Source: Eledone cirrhosa | Lineage: Eukaryota | Direction: 5' to 3' | Assembly (NCBI GenBank): GCA_964016885.1 | Contig: OZ024741.1 | Span: 189,596,001 to 189,660,000, forward strand | DNA length: 64,000 nucleotides | In this document: positions 24,727 through 38,884 of the stretch, one piece after another | How positions within the stretch are numbered: the stretch's first letter is position 1 | Layout of the letters: each line of letters starts with the position of its first letter | Position numbers and translations under genes: made by a program | The notes under the pieces: model-generated | Told to the model about the DNA's origin: nothing | Seen by the model: only the letters and a program-made list of their open reading frames with translations | The model's database searches: none

Positions 24727-25817
24727 TACAATGTCTGTTGAAAAGTATCTGACATTTGTCTGGGAAGAAAATGTATGTGCTCAGTGGGGTTCAATTCCTG
24801 ATCCCCTTTAACCATTTAGCATTTAAACCGGCTGTATCCAGCCAGAATTCTCTCACCTCTTTCTGTTCAAACCGGCTATAATTTGCTACTCATGCTGATG
24901 TTAAGGTATTGATCTCAAAATAAATAATATCAAAATATCATAGATTCGATATTATGTGAGATAATTATATGAGATAAAGTCTTTACCGTGAAAATACAAT
25001 AGTAGATATAAAGTAATGTAAATGCTAAAAGGTCAAAGTAGGCCACAAATTTAGCCCAGTGATCTTCCATTGTTCAGAGTTCACCTTCCATTATTGGAAT
25101 GCTTCACCTGGAATGGTTCTCAGCTCTGCCATTGCAGTTCACATGATATTCTCTCAGCTCTGAAAATAGGAACCTTTCAGTGGCATCTTAATTTTTAGGA
25201 ACAACCAGAAGTCAGAAGGAACCATGTCTTGAGAATAGAGAGTCTGGCAAATAAGTGAAACATCTTTCTTTGCCAAGAAACCTTGAACCAGCTGCAATGA
25301 ATGAGCTGGGTCATTGTCAATGAATGAGGTGGGTCATTGTTGTAAGACCCACTGACCAAATCTCTTGTGCCAAACTGCATTGCAAAAACATCAGAGGATT
25401 TCTTGATAGTAATCCCTTGTAACTGTTTGTCTTTCTGGTGTATATTCAATGCTTTGGTAGTCAAAGAAATCAGTCAATATTACCTTCATGTTGCAACACA
25501 TCTGACAAACCATTTTGGATCTTGGTGACGTTGGATGCAAACAATGACTGAGTTTTCGTTTCTGGGCTATACCTATACACTTATGTCTCATCTCTATTTA
25601 TTATTGTATTCAAGAATTTAGGATCCTTGTTAGCAATTTCAGGTGAAATGAAAATGTGACGTATAAGTACTACAGAATCTCATATGCTGGTTGTTTGACA
25701 GCAACTGATGCATCCAGTGAAATCATCCAAAACTACACATGTACATTTTACTTCCCTAACAGCATTACTTCCCACAATAAACAATAAAGTTGGATTCTTT
25801 TTGACAGACATTGTGTA
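24727..25817 (-). mobile_element. Decayed Tc1/mariner element with a nested piggyBac-like MITE (24812-25032)
   Basis: TIRs tacaatgtctgttgaaaagtatc / gattctttttgacagacattgtgta. Minus-strand remnants KVILTDFFD..GQTV-like, YYQEIL, and YSQDMVPSDFWLF (the YSPDLAP motif). Confidence 0.8.
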
Positions 25818-26602
25818 TTATATTTTTGTGTATTATTTTCAGGATGTTGAAAATGAAGCTTCACATCTTATGTATGTTTTTTAATAGTCAATATAGCTTA
25901 TCACAGCTAGATTCCTTTATCAATCAGTAGAGAATCTGAATAAAGCTATTATAACTGTTATCAAGCATTTTCCTTTTCTTTTTCTCAGATTTACACTTCT
26001 TGTACATCATTATTTATTTTTAAAGCGTGGTTTATAGAAGATTTGGCTACTTTTATAATAAACTGAGCAATTATTTTTGGGGACCCTTGTCAGATTATAG
26101 GCCATGAATGTGGAAAGAAAGAAGTATAGTCAACTGAATGGACTTTATTACATTACTGGTACTTGTTAAACAATATTGTAATAATGATTTCAAACACAAC
26201 CCTGAGACCATAGATTTGGAGGAAGCATATAGTCAATTTCATCAACTCAAGAATGTGACTGGTACTTATTTTATCTGTCTTCTTAGAGGGTTTTGAACTT
26301 GGAAAGTACAAGAACATAATTAAATACCACAGCCTTTTGTCCAACACTTTACAGATTTTGCCAATAACAATAAACAATTCCAACATAGGCACAAGGCTAC
26401 GCATTTTTGAGAAAGAGGTTAAGTGGATTAAATCGATCATCAGTACTTGACTGTTGCTTACTCTATCAAACCACAATGAAAGAAAAGGTAAATACAGTCC
26501 TTGCAGGATTTGAGCTCAGAATATAAAGAGATCTAATTACATACTGCAAGGCAAATTTGACACACTATTGATTCTACCAAACAAATGCCCTGAGTTACAG
26601 TT

Positions 26603-26782
<180 letters not shown>

Positions 26783-28282
26783 CAAGCCATGTATAAAGAA
26801 ACAGTCAGCAAGGTTAGAATTAACAACGAATATAGTGAAGAGTTTAGCGTAAAAGTTGGCGTCCATCAGGGTTCTGTTCTCAGCCCCCTACTATTTATTA
26901 TTGCCCTTCAGGCTATAACAGAGGAGTTCAAGACAGGCTGCCCATGGGAACTCCTATACGCAGACGACCTGACACTCATAGCGGAATCAATGGCCGAGCT
27001 AGAGAAGAAATTCCAAACATGGAAGCACGGCCTAGAGTCAAAAGGACTTAAAATTAACCTGGCTAAGACCAAAGTTCTAGTTTGTAGGAAAGAAAACAAG
27101 GCGGCGGTCCCTTCTGGGAAATGGTCGTGCTCGGTATGTAGGAAAGGCGTAGGTAGAAACTCCATCTTATGTCCTAAATGCAAAGTATGGGTGCATAAAA
27201 GATGTAGTGGGATCACAGGTAAGCTAACTAAGAACATAGACTTTACATGTGGCCGGTGTTCTGGTGCAATAAGTAGCAGCAAGTGCCCACAAAATACTAG
27301 CTCTTTCAATTGCGCAGAGGGTTCTATAGAAATAGTGGACAGCTTCCGTTACCTGGGCGATAAAATCAGCAGTGGGGGAGGGTGCTCTGAAAGTACTGTA
27401 GCTAGAGTCAGAACTGGTTGGAAAAAGTTCAGAGAGCTTATACCACTATTAGCTGCTAAAGGGTTCTCCCTAAAAATGAAAGGCAGGTTGTACGATGCCT
27501 GCATACGAACAGCAATGTTGCATGGTAGTGAGACCTGGGCATTGTGTGCAGAGGATATACGCAGACTAGAGAGGAACGAAGCTTGCATGCTCCGCTGGAT
27601 GTGTAACAGTAATATACGTGAACGGCAAAGCATAAACGAACTAAGGAAAAAATTAGAGATAAGAGGGATCAGATGTTGTTTACTCGAGAGAAGGCTGCGT
27701 TGGTATGGACACGTGATGCGCATGAAAGTCGATAGCTGTATTACAAAGTGCAGGGCAATAAAGATAGACGGTAGCCACGGAATAGGCAGACCTAGAAAAA
27801 CATGGGATGAGCTGATAAACTCCGACCTCACACACTTACACCTCTCCAAGACAATGTCACTGGACCGTGACCTTTGGCGGTACTCAGTAACAGAGAAGAC
27901 CCGCCTTGCCAGTAGGCATCTCTAACAAACTACACCCCGTCCCGCCACCACCCCCACCCCATCCACACCACCCCGTTCTATGTAAAGTTATGTTGGTGCC
28001 GCGCCATCCAGGCCGAAACAAATGAGATCGTGTAGGTGTCACGACAAAAAAAACACACAGTCCACGCTGTAATGTGGCCGTGTAGGCAACACGGTAAAAA
28101 CCTCCCAGACCCACACTGTAAATGTGGTTGGTGTTAGGAAGGGCATCCAACTGTAGAAAACCTGCCAGACAGTCCTATGCGAGCAAGACAATCACTCTTG
28201 CCTCAAGTGGGACTACCCCCGTCCAAACCCATGCAAGCGTGGAACACGGACGTTAAACGTTGATGATGATGATGATGATGAT
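26783..28282 (+). mobile_element. 5'-truncated RTE-clade LINE with intact ORF remnant (RT C-half + PHD-like finger), 3'UTR and (GAT)n tail
   Basis: ORF 26789-27925: [57 protein letters not shown]. Flanked by TA repeats. Confidence 0.95.
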
Positions 28283-28638
28283 ATATATATCAGTTTATTG
28301 TGTGTTACAATTGTTTAGCCGGCAGATAGCTCGTGACACGATCATTGTATGCATCTGTCTGATTCTAGAACTGCGGGTTCTTCGGACACTTGCAATCCTT
28401 TCGAACCAAATTTATATATATATATATATCATCCTCATCATCATCATCGTTTAACGTCTATCTTCCACGCTATATATATATATACACATATAGATATATA
28501 TATATATTTGTTTTGCAAGGTTTTTTATATGAAATCGTGTGTCGAAACAAATATTGTTATACTTGGGGAGGGTCATATTGTTGTAATATATTGCCAGAAA
28601 TAATAACAGTCAGTGTGACCCTCCTCAAGTATAACAAG

Positions 28639-28660
<22 letters not shown>

Positions 28661-28669
<9 letters not shown>

Positions 28670-29178
28670 TAAACGGAATAGAAAATGCTGACAAATTGTT
28701 CACAGTGAAAAATAGTTTAATTAGGAATAAGTGAGAATTAGTAATAGTATTGGTTAGTATTCAGTTTTGGTTTTAAGTTTTACTGGTTGCGCATTTCTAA
28801 TGCTTTTCAAAAATAATTTTGAGATAGAGCGCCTGTGATGTTTGCTCTAATCTGATTAGTTTTGGGAATTCTACCTGTTTTTATGTTAAAAAAGTGGCTC
28901 CAGCGGTATTAAAATAAGTTTTGCGCCAATTCGTGTTGCAAAAATTCTTGTGGTCAAAACAATTTTGATTGGTCGGTAGAGGTCATGTGAATGTAAAAAA
29001 TTGATTTTGCGCCAAATGTAGGTTTGTGTCGGCTGACTGAGAGATAAGTCTTTCACACCAAATATGTGTGTGTGTGTGTGTAGTAGTAGTAGTAGTAAAG
29101 AGGTTCGTTGTTGTGATAATGGTCAGCAGGATGTGTGTGCGAACCGCAGCCTGTTGACAGTTCAAATGCCTATTAAGA

Positions 29179-29221
<43 letters not shown>

Positions 29222-30573
29222 CAGAGTAATTCGTGGTAGAGGGATGGTCAGTAGGAATGTGTCTGTAAGTGTGTGGGGGATATTTTAACATGTTAAAATA
29301 TATTTTTTCAGCTCTTGTCTTATACGGAGAAGTGTATGTGTGTGTGTGTATGTCTCTTTGTATGTTAATGTACGCGTGTGTATGTGTGTGTGAGAGAATG
29401 TGGGGGGGGGGGGGTCAGTATTTATTTCTGTTAAAATGGTGTACATTATTCGATATTTTCAGTAAAATCGATTCTCTCAATAGAACATCAAACACCTTAA
29501 TAATAAAAGGTGTGAAATGATATATAGTATTGGCATAATACCAAGGTGTGTGTGAGTGCGTCCAGACTGCACGTACAGCAAGGGGGATCCATCAGGTCCT
29601 GCCGTATTGGAATACCTGTGCACAAATATGTATCTGAATTTTTTCAAAAAATTGTATACCTGTGCACAAATTGTATACCTGTGCACAAATTGTATACCTG
29701 TGCACAAATTGTACACATGTATCTGGAGTGTGTCCAGAAATTGTATACCTGTGTACAAATATGTATCTGGAGTGTGTCCAGATTGTACGTAGTGCAAGGG
29801 GAATTCATTAGGCCCCGGCGTATTGGAAGAGCTGTGCACAAATATGAATGTGCCCATCAGTGTGCAATGCATGTGTGCGTTTATGTATGTGTGTGTGTCG
29901 GCACGTTTATATCTATAGATATAAACGTGCACACATAATTGCACACTGATGGGCACATACATATTTGTGCACAGGTGTTCCAATACAGTGGGGCCTAATG
30001 AATTCCCCTTGCAGTACGTACAATCTGGACACACTCCAGATACATATTTGTGCACAGGTATACAATTTCTGGACGCACTCCAGATACATGTGTACAATTT
30101 GTGCATAGGTATACAATTTCTGGACACACTCCAGAAACATATTTGTGCACAGGTATTCCAATACGGCAGGGCCTGATGGATCCCCCTTGCTGTACGTGCA
30201 GTCTGGACGCACTCACACACACCTTGGTATTATGCCAATACTATATATCATTTCACACCTTTTATTATTAAGGTGTTTGATGTTCTATTGAGAGAATCGA
30301 TTTTACTGAAAATATCGAATAATGTACACCATTTTAACAGAAATAAATACTGATCCACCCCCACCCCCCACACACACATTCTCTCACACATATATACACA
30401 CACATATATATACACACACACATACACACGCGTACATTAACATACAAAGAGACACACACACACTTCTCCGTATAAGACAAGAGCTGAAAAAATATCTTTT
30501 AACATGTTAAAATATCCCCCACACACTTACAGACACATTCCTACTGACCATCCCTCTACCACGAATTACTCTG

Positions 30574-30640
<67 letters not shown>

Positions 30641-31158
30641 TCTTAATAGGCATTTGAACTGTCAACAGGCTGCGGTTCGCACACACATCCTGCTGACCAT
30701 TATCACAACAACGAACCTCTTTACTACTACTACTACTACACACACACACACACATATTTGGTGTGAAAGACTTATCTCTCAGTCAGCCGACACAAACCTA
30801 CATTTGGCGCAAAATCAATATTTTACATTCACATGACCTCTACCGACCAATCAAAATTGTTTTGACCACAAGAATTTTTGCAACACGAATTGGCGCAAAA
30901 CTTATTTTAATACTGCTGGAGCCACTTTTTTAACATAAAAACAGGTAGAATTCCCAAAACTAATCAGATCAGAGCAAAGATCACGGACGCTCTATCTCAA
31001 AATTATTTTTGAAAAGCATTAGAAATGCGCAACCGGTAAAACTTAAAACCAAAACTGAATACTAACCAATACTATTACTAATTCTCACTTATTCCTAATT
31101 AAACTATTTTTCACTATGAACAATTTGTCAGCATTTTCTATTCCGTTTATCAATATAT
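28661..31158. repeat. About 2.5-kb spacer-less palindrome (arms about 1.25 kb)
   Basis: Centre gcacgtttatatcta|tagatataaacgtgc at 29915/29916. The arms stay colinear out to tattggtaaacggaatag / ctattccgtttatcaata. Confidence 0.95.
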
Positions 31159-31188
31159 CATAACTTGTGTGTTACACCTCTATTCTTT

Positions 31189-31267
<79 letters not shown>

Positions 31268-32283
31268 GAATAATCGAGTATCGAAAAATCGGCGCACGAG
31301 TTCACGATAAACAAAATTCGACATGAGTGGCAGAGGGCTCAATAATTCAGAGAAATCAGAGCTATAACTATCGTTAAAATACCAACACACATAGATTATG
31401 TCTAAAATCAACCATACGACCGAAAAATTACGATCAGGAAGATTCGGGTCACTCAGATAAAATATCAATAAATCAATAAATCATGTGAATGTAAAAAGCT
31501 TACCCGGACCCACTAGAAAGATGGTAAATCTAGCTTCTTGGGTTTCTGTAAATCCTTAAACCGCCCACTATCAGCCCACATAAAAATATATAAGACTTCT
31601 AGAGAGCGGCGGACAGGAAATACTTTATCAACGAGCTTTGTCCAGACGAATAAAAAAGCCAACCTAGCTGAAAACGCACATGGAATCCAGCAAGGGAGAT
31701 AACCTCTATATCCGCGAAAAATATTCGGGAATGTGGAAAATCACATATCGAATAAGAGTGCTCAATAGACATGTTAAAATAAACAGGAGCTATATATATA
31801 TATATATATCGCTACTTGGCTATTGGGTGGAGATGTAGTTGTTGCCATTAACAGAGTATTGTTATTGTTGTCGAGGTTAACTTTGCCTTTCATCCATACG
31901 GGGTCGATAAAATAAAGTACCAGTAATGCACTCGGATAATTGCTGGCCTCGTGCTAAAAGTAGAAACAGTTATTGTTATCACTGCTACTATAACGGCCAA
32001 TGTAGGTGATGTGGTCGGTGTTATTGTTGTTGTTGTTGTTGTTGTTGTCTTGAATGTAGCAGTCATCAAACTGCTTATATTTTGCCCTCCTTCAGAATTT
32101 CGTTTATTGCTTCCACTATCCGTTGAATTCTAGCTATGCATAGACTATTGTCTGGTGCCGGTCACCACAATGGAGTTGAAGGGTTATCCTTTTGGTAATT
32201 TGGATTGCATGAGAGAATCATTGAAATAATTATTATGAACAAACGATTTATGTAATATCAGAATCTTTCTTAATGTTACGTTT

Positions 32284-32947
32284 ATCATCATCATCATCAT
32301 CATCAACGTTTAACGTCCGTGTTCCACGCTTGCATGGGTTTGGACGGGGGTTTTCCCACTTGAGGCAAGAGTGATTGTCTTGCTCGCATAGGACTGTCTG
32401 GCGGGTTTTCTACAGCTGGATGCCCTTCCTAACACCAACCACATTTACAGTGTGGGTCTGGGAGGTTTTTACCGTGTTGCCTACACGGCCACATTACAGC
32501 GTGGACTGTGTGTTTTTTTTTGTCGTGACACCTACACGGTCTCATTTGTTTCGGCCTGGATGGTGTGGCACCAGCATAACTTTACATAGAAAGGGGCGGT
32601 GTGGATGGAGTGGGGTTGGTGGGACGGGGGTGTATTTTGTTAGAGATGCCTACTGACTGTAGTAGGTTTTACTATGTATTTAGGTAAGGCGGGTCTTCTC
32701 TATTACTGAGTACCGCCAAAGGTCTCGGTCCAGTAACATTGTCTTGGAGAGGTGTAAGTGTGTGAGGTCGGAATTTATCAGCTCGTCCCAGGTTTTTCTA
32801 GGTCTGCCTGTTCCGTGGCTACCGTCTATCTTTATTGCCCTGCACTTTGTTATACAGCTATCGTCTTTCATGCGCATCACGTGTCCATACCAACGTAGCC
32901 TTCTCTCGAGTAAACAACATCTGATCCCTCTTATTTCTAATTTTTTT

Positions 32948-32949
<2 letters not shown>
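32284..32949 (-). mobile_element. RTE LINE 3' copy (ORF end + 3'UTR)
   Basis: Reverse complement of about 27643-28282; 5' truncation abuts (TA)n at 32950. Confidence 0.93.
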
Positions 32950-32990
<41 letters not shown>

Positions 32991-33145
32991 ACTTCTTATC
33001 CAGGATCACACCCACCCTTCTCCAGCTCTATCCAGAATCCCCCCCTCTTTAAAACCCTGACATACCCCTTATTAGCTGCTATATCCCATCATTCCGCAAC
33101 ACATGACATACACCCCATCCCACCAGTAGGATAGAGAGGGTTTTC

Positions 33146-33371
33146 TGGTTGAGTCAATAATTGACAATCTTTTTAGTGCTGGTGCCACAGAAAAAATACA
33201 CCTCTGTAAGGTGATTGACAATATGAAGGGTATTCTACTATAGAAATCATGTCAATAATTGGTTGAGTCAATAATTGACAATTTTTTTAGTGCTGGTGCC
33301 ACAAAAAAAGTACACCTCTGTAAGGTGGTTGACAATATGAAGGGTATTCTACTATAGAAATCATGTCAAAA
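33146..33371. repeat. Tandem duplication of about 113 bp
   Basis: tggttgagtcaataattgacaat...gaaatcatgtcaa occurs twice. Confidence 0.9.
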
Positions 33372-33437
33372 AGGTTTGAAATAACTCTTTAGTTTTGTCC
33401 AGGGTACAACAACCTGTTTAGTGTTGATCATCTATAT

Positions 33438-33747
33438 CAGGCATGGGCAACCTTTTTCGAGAAGCGGGCCGAATGAGATATGGCTCATCATCAGGCGGGC
33501 CACAAGTGCTAATTTACATTCATGCCCATATTTTTTAAAAAGGGCAGTAACTCGGGTTGTTTTGATTTGTTTCTTCAGAATTCTTACACGTTGTTTTCCT
33601 CAATTGTAAAAATGATAGAAAGATAAATTACGACTGAAAAGCTGGGATAAAAAAATCAGAAAGTATTCACTTAGGTGACTTAGGCAAGCCATTAAGAAAG
33701 CTTTGCGGGCAACCTGCGGCGTGTGGGCCGCAGGTTGCCCATGACTG
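33438..33747. mobile_element. hAT MITE
   Basis: TIRs CAGGCATGGGCAACCT / AGGTTGCCCATGACTG; imperfect 8-bp TSD atctatat / atcttcat. Confidence 0.8.
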
Positions 33748-34476
33748 ATCTTCATGATAAACACACCCAATGCACTCTATAAAGTAGTTGGTAATAAGAA
33801 GGGCATCTCACTGTAGAAAACTTGTCAAACAAAGAGTTGGAAGGATACCTCAGTTGTGTCACAGACGTGACATCCTCCCTAGTTTTGGTGCCATGATAAA
33901 ATGCACTCATTCAAATGCAGGATCATAAATGAGATGTGGGGCCCAGCCCATTTGAGCAATCAATAAGGTATGAGAACGTATGTAAGGAACATGTAGGCCT
34001 GCAACCCATTTGAAAAGTCAATAACTCTATTTGAGTACTGACTGCTCTGTGGTGACACGTCTAACTCTTGCTAGCAAGGAAAACAGACATCAAATGATGA
34101 TGATGATGATGATGGTATATATATACATATATAGAAATGGCTGTGTAGTTGCTATTTAAGGTAACTTAAAATGCAGTGCGAATACGAAGAAAGTTGTCTA
34201 CTGGGGGTCTCGGATATTTCTACGCTTTAAAGACAAGATATCTACCGCCCAGGGTGTCAACTGGATAAGTTATTGGGAAAACGAAGGAAGGAGGGAAGGA
34301 AAGCAAAGAGGAAGAAAAGAGAAAACAGTAACAAAACAGCGAAAAAAACAACAAACCGAGCAATATGCGAACAACTATAGGTAGGAAATCCAAGAGCACT
34401 CGATAAGAGAACTTAAGTTCAAGACTGATATATATATATATATCATATATGTAATTCAAAATTTAAGAAAACCAAG

Positions 34477-34670
34477 GGGCGGTGGATTGGCAGTATCAGT
34501 AGAGAGTCGGACGCCATGCTTTGCAGCAAAGAGTTACCGCCCTTTATGGTCTGAGTTCAAATCCCGCCGAGGTTAACTTTGCCTTTCATCCTTAACGGGT
34601 CGATAAAATAAAGTACCAGTAATACACTGGAATAATTGCTGGCCTTGTGCCAAAAGTAGAAACAATTATT
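34477..34670 (+). mobile_element. SINE family A
   Basis: Similarity to 2527-2715. Confidence 0.9.
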
Positions 34671-35615
34671 ATTTATTCATACATCGCTATGGATGTTTCA
34701 ACGTGGCTAGAATATCATATTTATTTGTGGAGAGAACTGTATATTACCAGTTAATTATTTACTCCATTATAGGTGCTTTATTCAAACTGTATCTCTTTGG
34801 GAAATATATATAATAAATAATAACAATAAATTGATTCATATCATAAGACTATCGAGATTAATAGAGGACTCAAAGCAAAGTGCATTCAAGCATGGAATTT
34901 ATATGTGAATTTCAGACATGCAAAATTATAAATGTATCAGTGGTTTTTTTCAGAAGTATGTCAAAGCTATTAATTGATTATAGCAAGGGTTGAAAATTTA
35001 AATTCCATGCGTGACTGCACCTTGCTTTGAATCCTCTATTATTCTTGATAACTTGTCTTATGATATTAATCATATACATTCTGCCTGTGCACCTGTAATT
35101 CACTGAATCACATACACTATATATATAGTTGTTGAATAATTCTAAATACTTCTATGTTCATGTGGGACCTGTTTCAGTACTTAATGCTTATACATGAATT
35201 GGATATTCAGTATTAAAAAGTGTGGATTAACACTAACATATATTTGTTATTGGAGTAATATGCAGAGTGTTTACATTTAAAAAGTGTTCAAAGTTTCAGT
35301 TTAACATAATTCAGTAATTATGTATAACATGAGTTTCATAAATGACCCGCTCAGAGCCTTAATCAGTTACAATCAGCTTGACTGGATTGAAGGATCAATT
35401 TCTTCATTAGGTGAAATTAAGACTAAAATCAGAATATGTTCATCTCTGTTTGTGTAAGGCATCAGACCTACCGATATATAAGATATTGATCATGCTCAAA
35501 TGTCATGTTATAAAATGACAGTTTACAGTATGTAAGGTTGCCCACATATTGAGATGAAGCTGACTAGATATAAAATGGAAGTGAAGGTTAAAATGAAAAG
35601 AAAAATACATTAAAA

Positions 35616-35895
35616 TAATTCTTTCTACTTTTGGTATAAGGCCAGCCATTACCCTAGTGTGTGACCGGTACTTTATTTTATCGACCCCATAAGGATGAAA
35701 GGCAAAGTTAACCTCGGCGGGATTTGAACTCAGATCATAAAGGGCTGTAACTCTATTCTGCAAAGCATGGCGTCTGACCCTCTACTGATACTGCCAAGCC
35801 ACCGCTCAATAAATGAAATGAAATAATTGTTTCTACTTTAGGCACAAGGCTAGCAATTACCCAGTGCATTACTGGTACTTTATTTTATCGACCCC
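35616..35895 (-). mobile_element. SINE family A, full copy plus an adjacent 3' fragment
   Basis: Similarity to 2527-2715. Confidence 0.85.
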
Positions 35896-36043
35896 AATGA
35901 AATAATGGCAGGAATAGAGGTGAAGGTGTAGTGAAATCATTCCCATGATCTCAGGTTTATCAACACACCTCAGTCAGACTGAGATACCAATTATTTTGTT
36001 TGAGCTAACAATGTTGCCATTTAGACGTATTGTCTTTGTTTAA

Positions 36044-36267
36044 CCCTTTAGCATCCACATTACTTTATATTCACTATTATATTTTCCCAGAAAAGGCTTT
36101 ATCTCACATAATTATCTCACATAATATCAAATCTACGAGATTTTGATATTATTTATTTTGAGAACAATACCTTAACATAAGTATGAGCAGCTGGTTACGA
36201 CCGGTTTGAAGAACAGAAACAGGTGAGAGAATTCTGGCCAGATACGGCCGGTTTAAAGGGTAAAGGG
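36044..36267. mobile_element. piggyBac-like MITE with TTAA TSD
   Basis: ttaa|ccctttagc ... taaaggg|ttaa. Confidence 0.8.
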
Positions 36268-36577
36268 TTAAAATTGAATTATCAAGGGCCATGTGTTTAA
36301 TGTTTTCTCAGAGCACAATCCTTATGGATACAAGAGATTTTTACCCCGGGAGAATAGAAAGTCTTTTTCTTTGTTCTGCCATATACAGACAGCACAGTTC
36401 ATCATGTAACCATACACACACTCACTAGCCAGCTCAGTACCTATAGAGCTGGCTACCAACATCAATACCACAGGTTAGTAAATTCACTATTTCGAAATTC
36501 TACATTCACACATACACAATCAACACATTACACTTATAGATATACCTTGTTTTCCATTGTTCATTATTACTGCACAA

Positions 36578-36795
36578 GGGTGGTGGATTGACAGTATCGG
36601 TAGAGCGTCCGACACTATGCTTTGTGGCATAAAGTTATGGCCCTTTATGTTCTGAGCTCAAATGCCGCCGAGGTTAGCTTTGCCTTTCATCCTTACAGGG
36701 TCAATAAAATAAAGCACCAGTAATACACTGGGATCAGTTTAATCGACTTTCCCCTCCCCTTTAAATTGCTGGCCTTGCGCCTAAAGTAGAAACAA
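36578..36795 (+). mobile_element. SINE family A (longer 3' variant)
   Basis: A/B boxes; TSD attattactgca. Confidence 0.88.
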
Positions 36796-37451
36796 TTATT
36801 ACTGCAAGCAATAAAAACATAAAAATTAGCAGTCTATAGTTTATTTGTAATTTCATACCTATGTGATTAAGGGAAAATGTTTTTCCCCATGGTAATATCA
36901 CATCACCACAATAAGCAAATACAACTACTGGTTTCCTTGACCATTGCAAGACTTCACAGCAACAATTCTCTCGACTCACTGATACACACTTCACTCACTT
37001 GCCATAGACTTGACCAACAAACTGCTCATTCAACTACTTCATCAACTTCATCTTGCAGCTTCTACTACATCACTACAAATGAACCAGACAGACTAACAAA
37101 CAATCTTCTCTACCTCACTAAAACAGTACATAAACGAATGTAAGATAATATAAAACATAAAAGATAAATACAAGATATATAAAAAGAATATTAAAATATA
37201 TGCTCTAAAGAGACAGAATTGATAGCTAGTGGCTTTTTTAGCATAGTGGTTAACACGTTTGCCTGGTATCCAAGAGATCTGTGGTTCGATTTCTTGTAAA
37301 TGTCTCTGTTCACTTTTTTTCCATCAATTATTATTATCGATGATAGAGGTTAACTTTGCCTTTCATCCTTACAGAGTCGATAAAATAAAGTACCAGTAAT
37401 GCACTGGATATTTGCTGGCCTTGTACCAAATGTAGAAACAATTATTATCAC

Positions 37452-37726
37452 TAGCTGGCCCCGTGCGGTCAAAAGTGACGGCTGATTGTAATATCTATAC
37501 ATAATATAAAACAGAGATGCTTGTTTGTTGACAGCTGTGACGAATCTTACAACGCTGGACTTCTATAGTTTCCTACCTTTTCTTCCTTCCTCAGTAATCA
37601 CATAACCCCCTCCTTCCTCAGTTGACGTAATCACCCATTCCTTCCTCAGTCGACATTATCACACCTTCCTTCCTCAGTCATATCTAATGTGTGACGGACA
37701 AATACATAAGGCTATTATATTAGTAC
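37452..37726 (-). mobile_element. Non-autonomous Helitron-like element
   Basis: Minus-strand 3' end ..gaccgcacggggccagCTAG|t; 5'-like tactaatataat; internal ttcctcagt repeats. Confidence 0.55.
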
Positions 37727-37784
37727 ATTTGCATGGGGACGTACACATTTCAAAAAAATTCTACACCGCTTCTAAAGTCAACCA

Positions 37785-37851
<67 letters not shown>

Positions 37852-37978
37852 ATGCACCTCAGACATTAATCTATTCGCGAATTAAACGTAAGCACGCACA
37901 TACTAAAGCATGCCCGCACAAGCAGGCACACTGTCATGCACACATGTACTTAGATATACGTATGCAAACGAACATAGA

Positions 37979-38038
<60 letters not shown>

Positions 38039-38884
38039 GACAATGAGACCAGCCAAAACGCTAAACAGGTTCATACAGGTATCGTACAGAGAACGCTGAA
38101 ACAAACGTAAACAGGTTGTAAAAGACAAACAAGTAACTATGGTTTCTCTACAATTGTTGACTATCTGTTAAATAAAACGAGTCTGTCTGGTTGCCAGACT
38201 TGTTCGCGCCCGTCTCGGTCGATGTTTATCGTGACTGGCAACAGACTGAGGGCATTCCCAGTCGTGTAAGAAGCGAGGCGTAGGCAAAGAAATATATTTT
38301 TGGGAAATGATGCAAACCAAACGAAGAATGCTAGAGAATTTCTAAACCGGTAATTCACTAATTTATTTTATCACAGAGTCCTTGAACGATTTTCTAATCA
38401 TTACGGAACACATTTTTTATGGACAATCCCCACTATTAAATAACACAGAATTTGTTTCAGGAAGAGAATTTATTCGTGCGGAAAAAAAAGTCATACAATA
38501 TATTTATTTTAGATTCTGTTAAAAGACAACTTATCTCTCAAAAAACATTCTACAGAAATTATTTTCGTAGACCACACTTTGGGAAACACTGGGCTAGATG
38601 ATAATTTTGCGGTACACAGAGATCAAGATTGTTAACTTTAGTATTCTCGAAGACATTAGCGTTTGACTTCGTTGTGCTAAACTATTCAAGAGAACAACCA
38701 CTTCAGAGAAGGTAAGGATAAGATTAGGAATCAGTAAGGTCCATAACAATTTGGATCAGTCAAATGTATTCGATAAAGTAGACTAGAAGCTATGGTATTC
38801 ATTTTTGATGTAGTGCGAGAGATGAATTGGCGATGTTGTAGTAGTGATGTTGTTGGCTTGATGGGTGATTATGTATAAGGTAGG

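Noticed and set aside
29477-30271. Cys-rich ORFs in the palindrome centre
   Set aside because: Mirror-image ORFs produced by tgtgcaca minisatellite units; no recognisable domain
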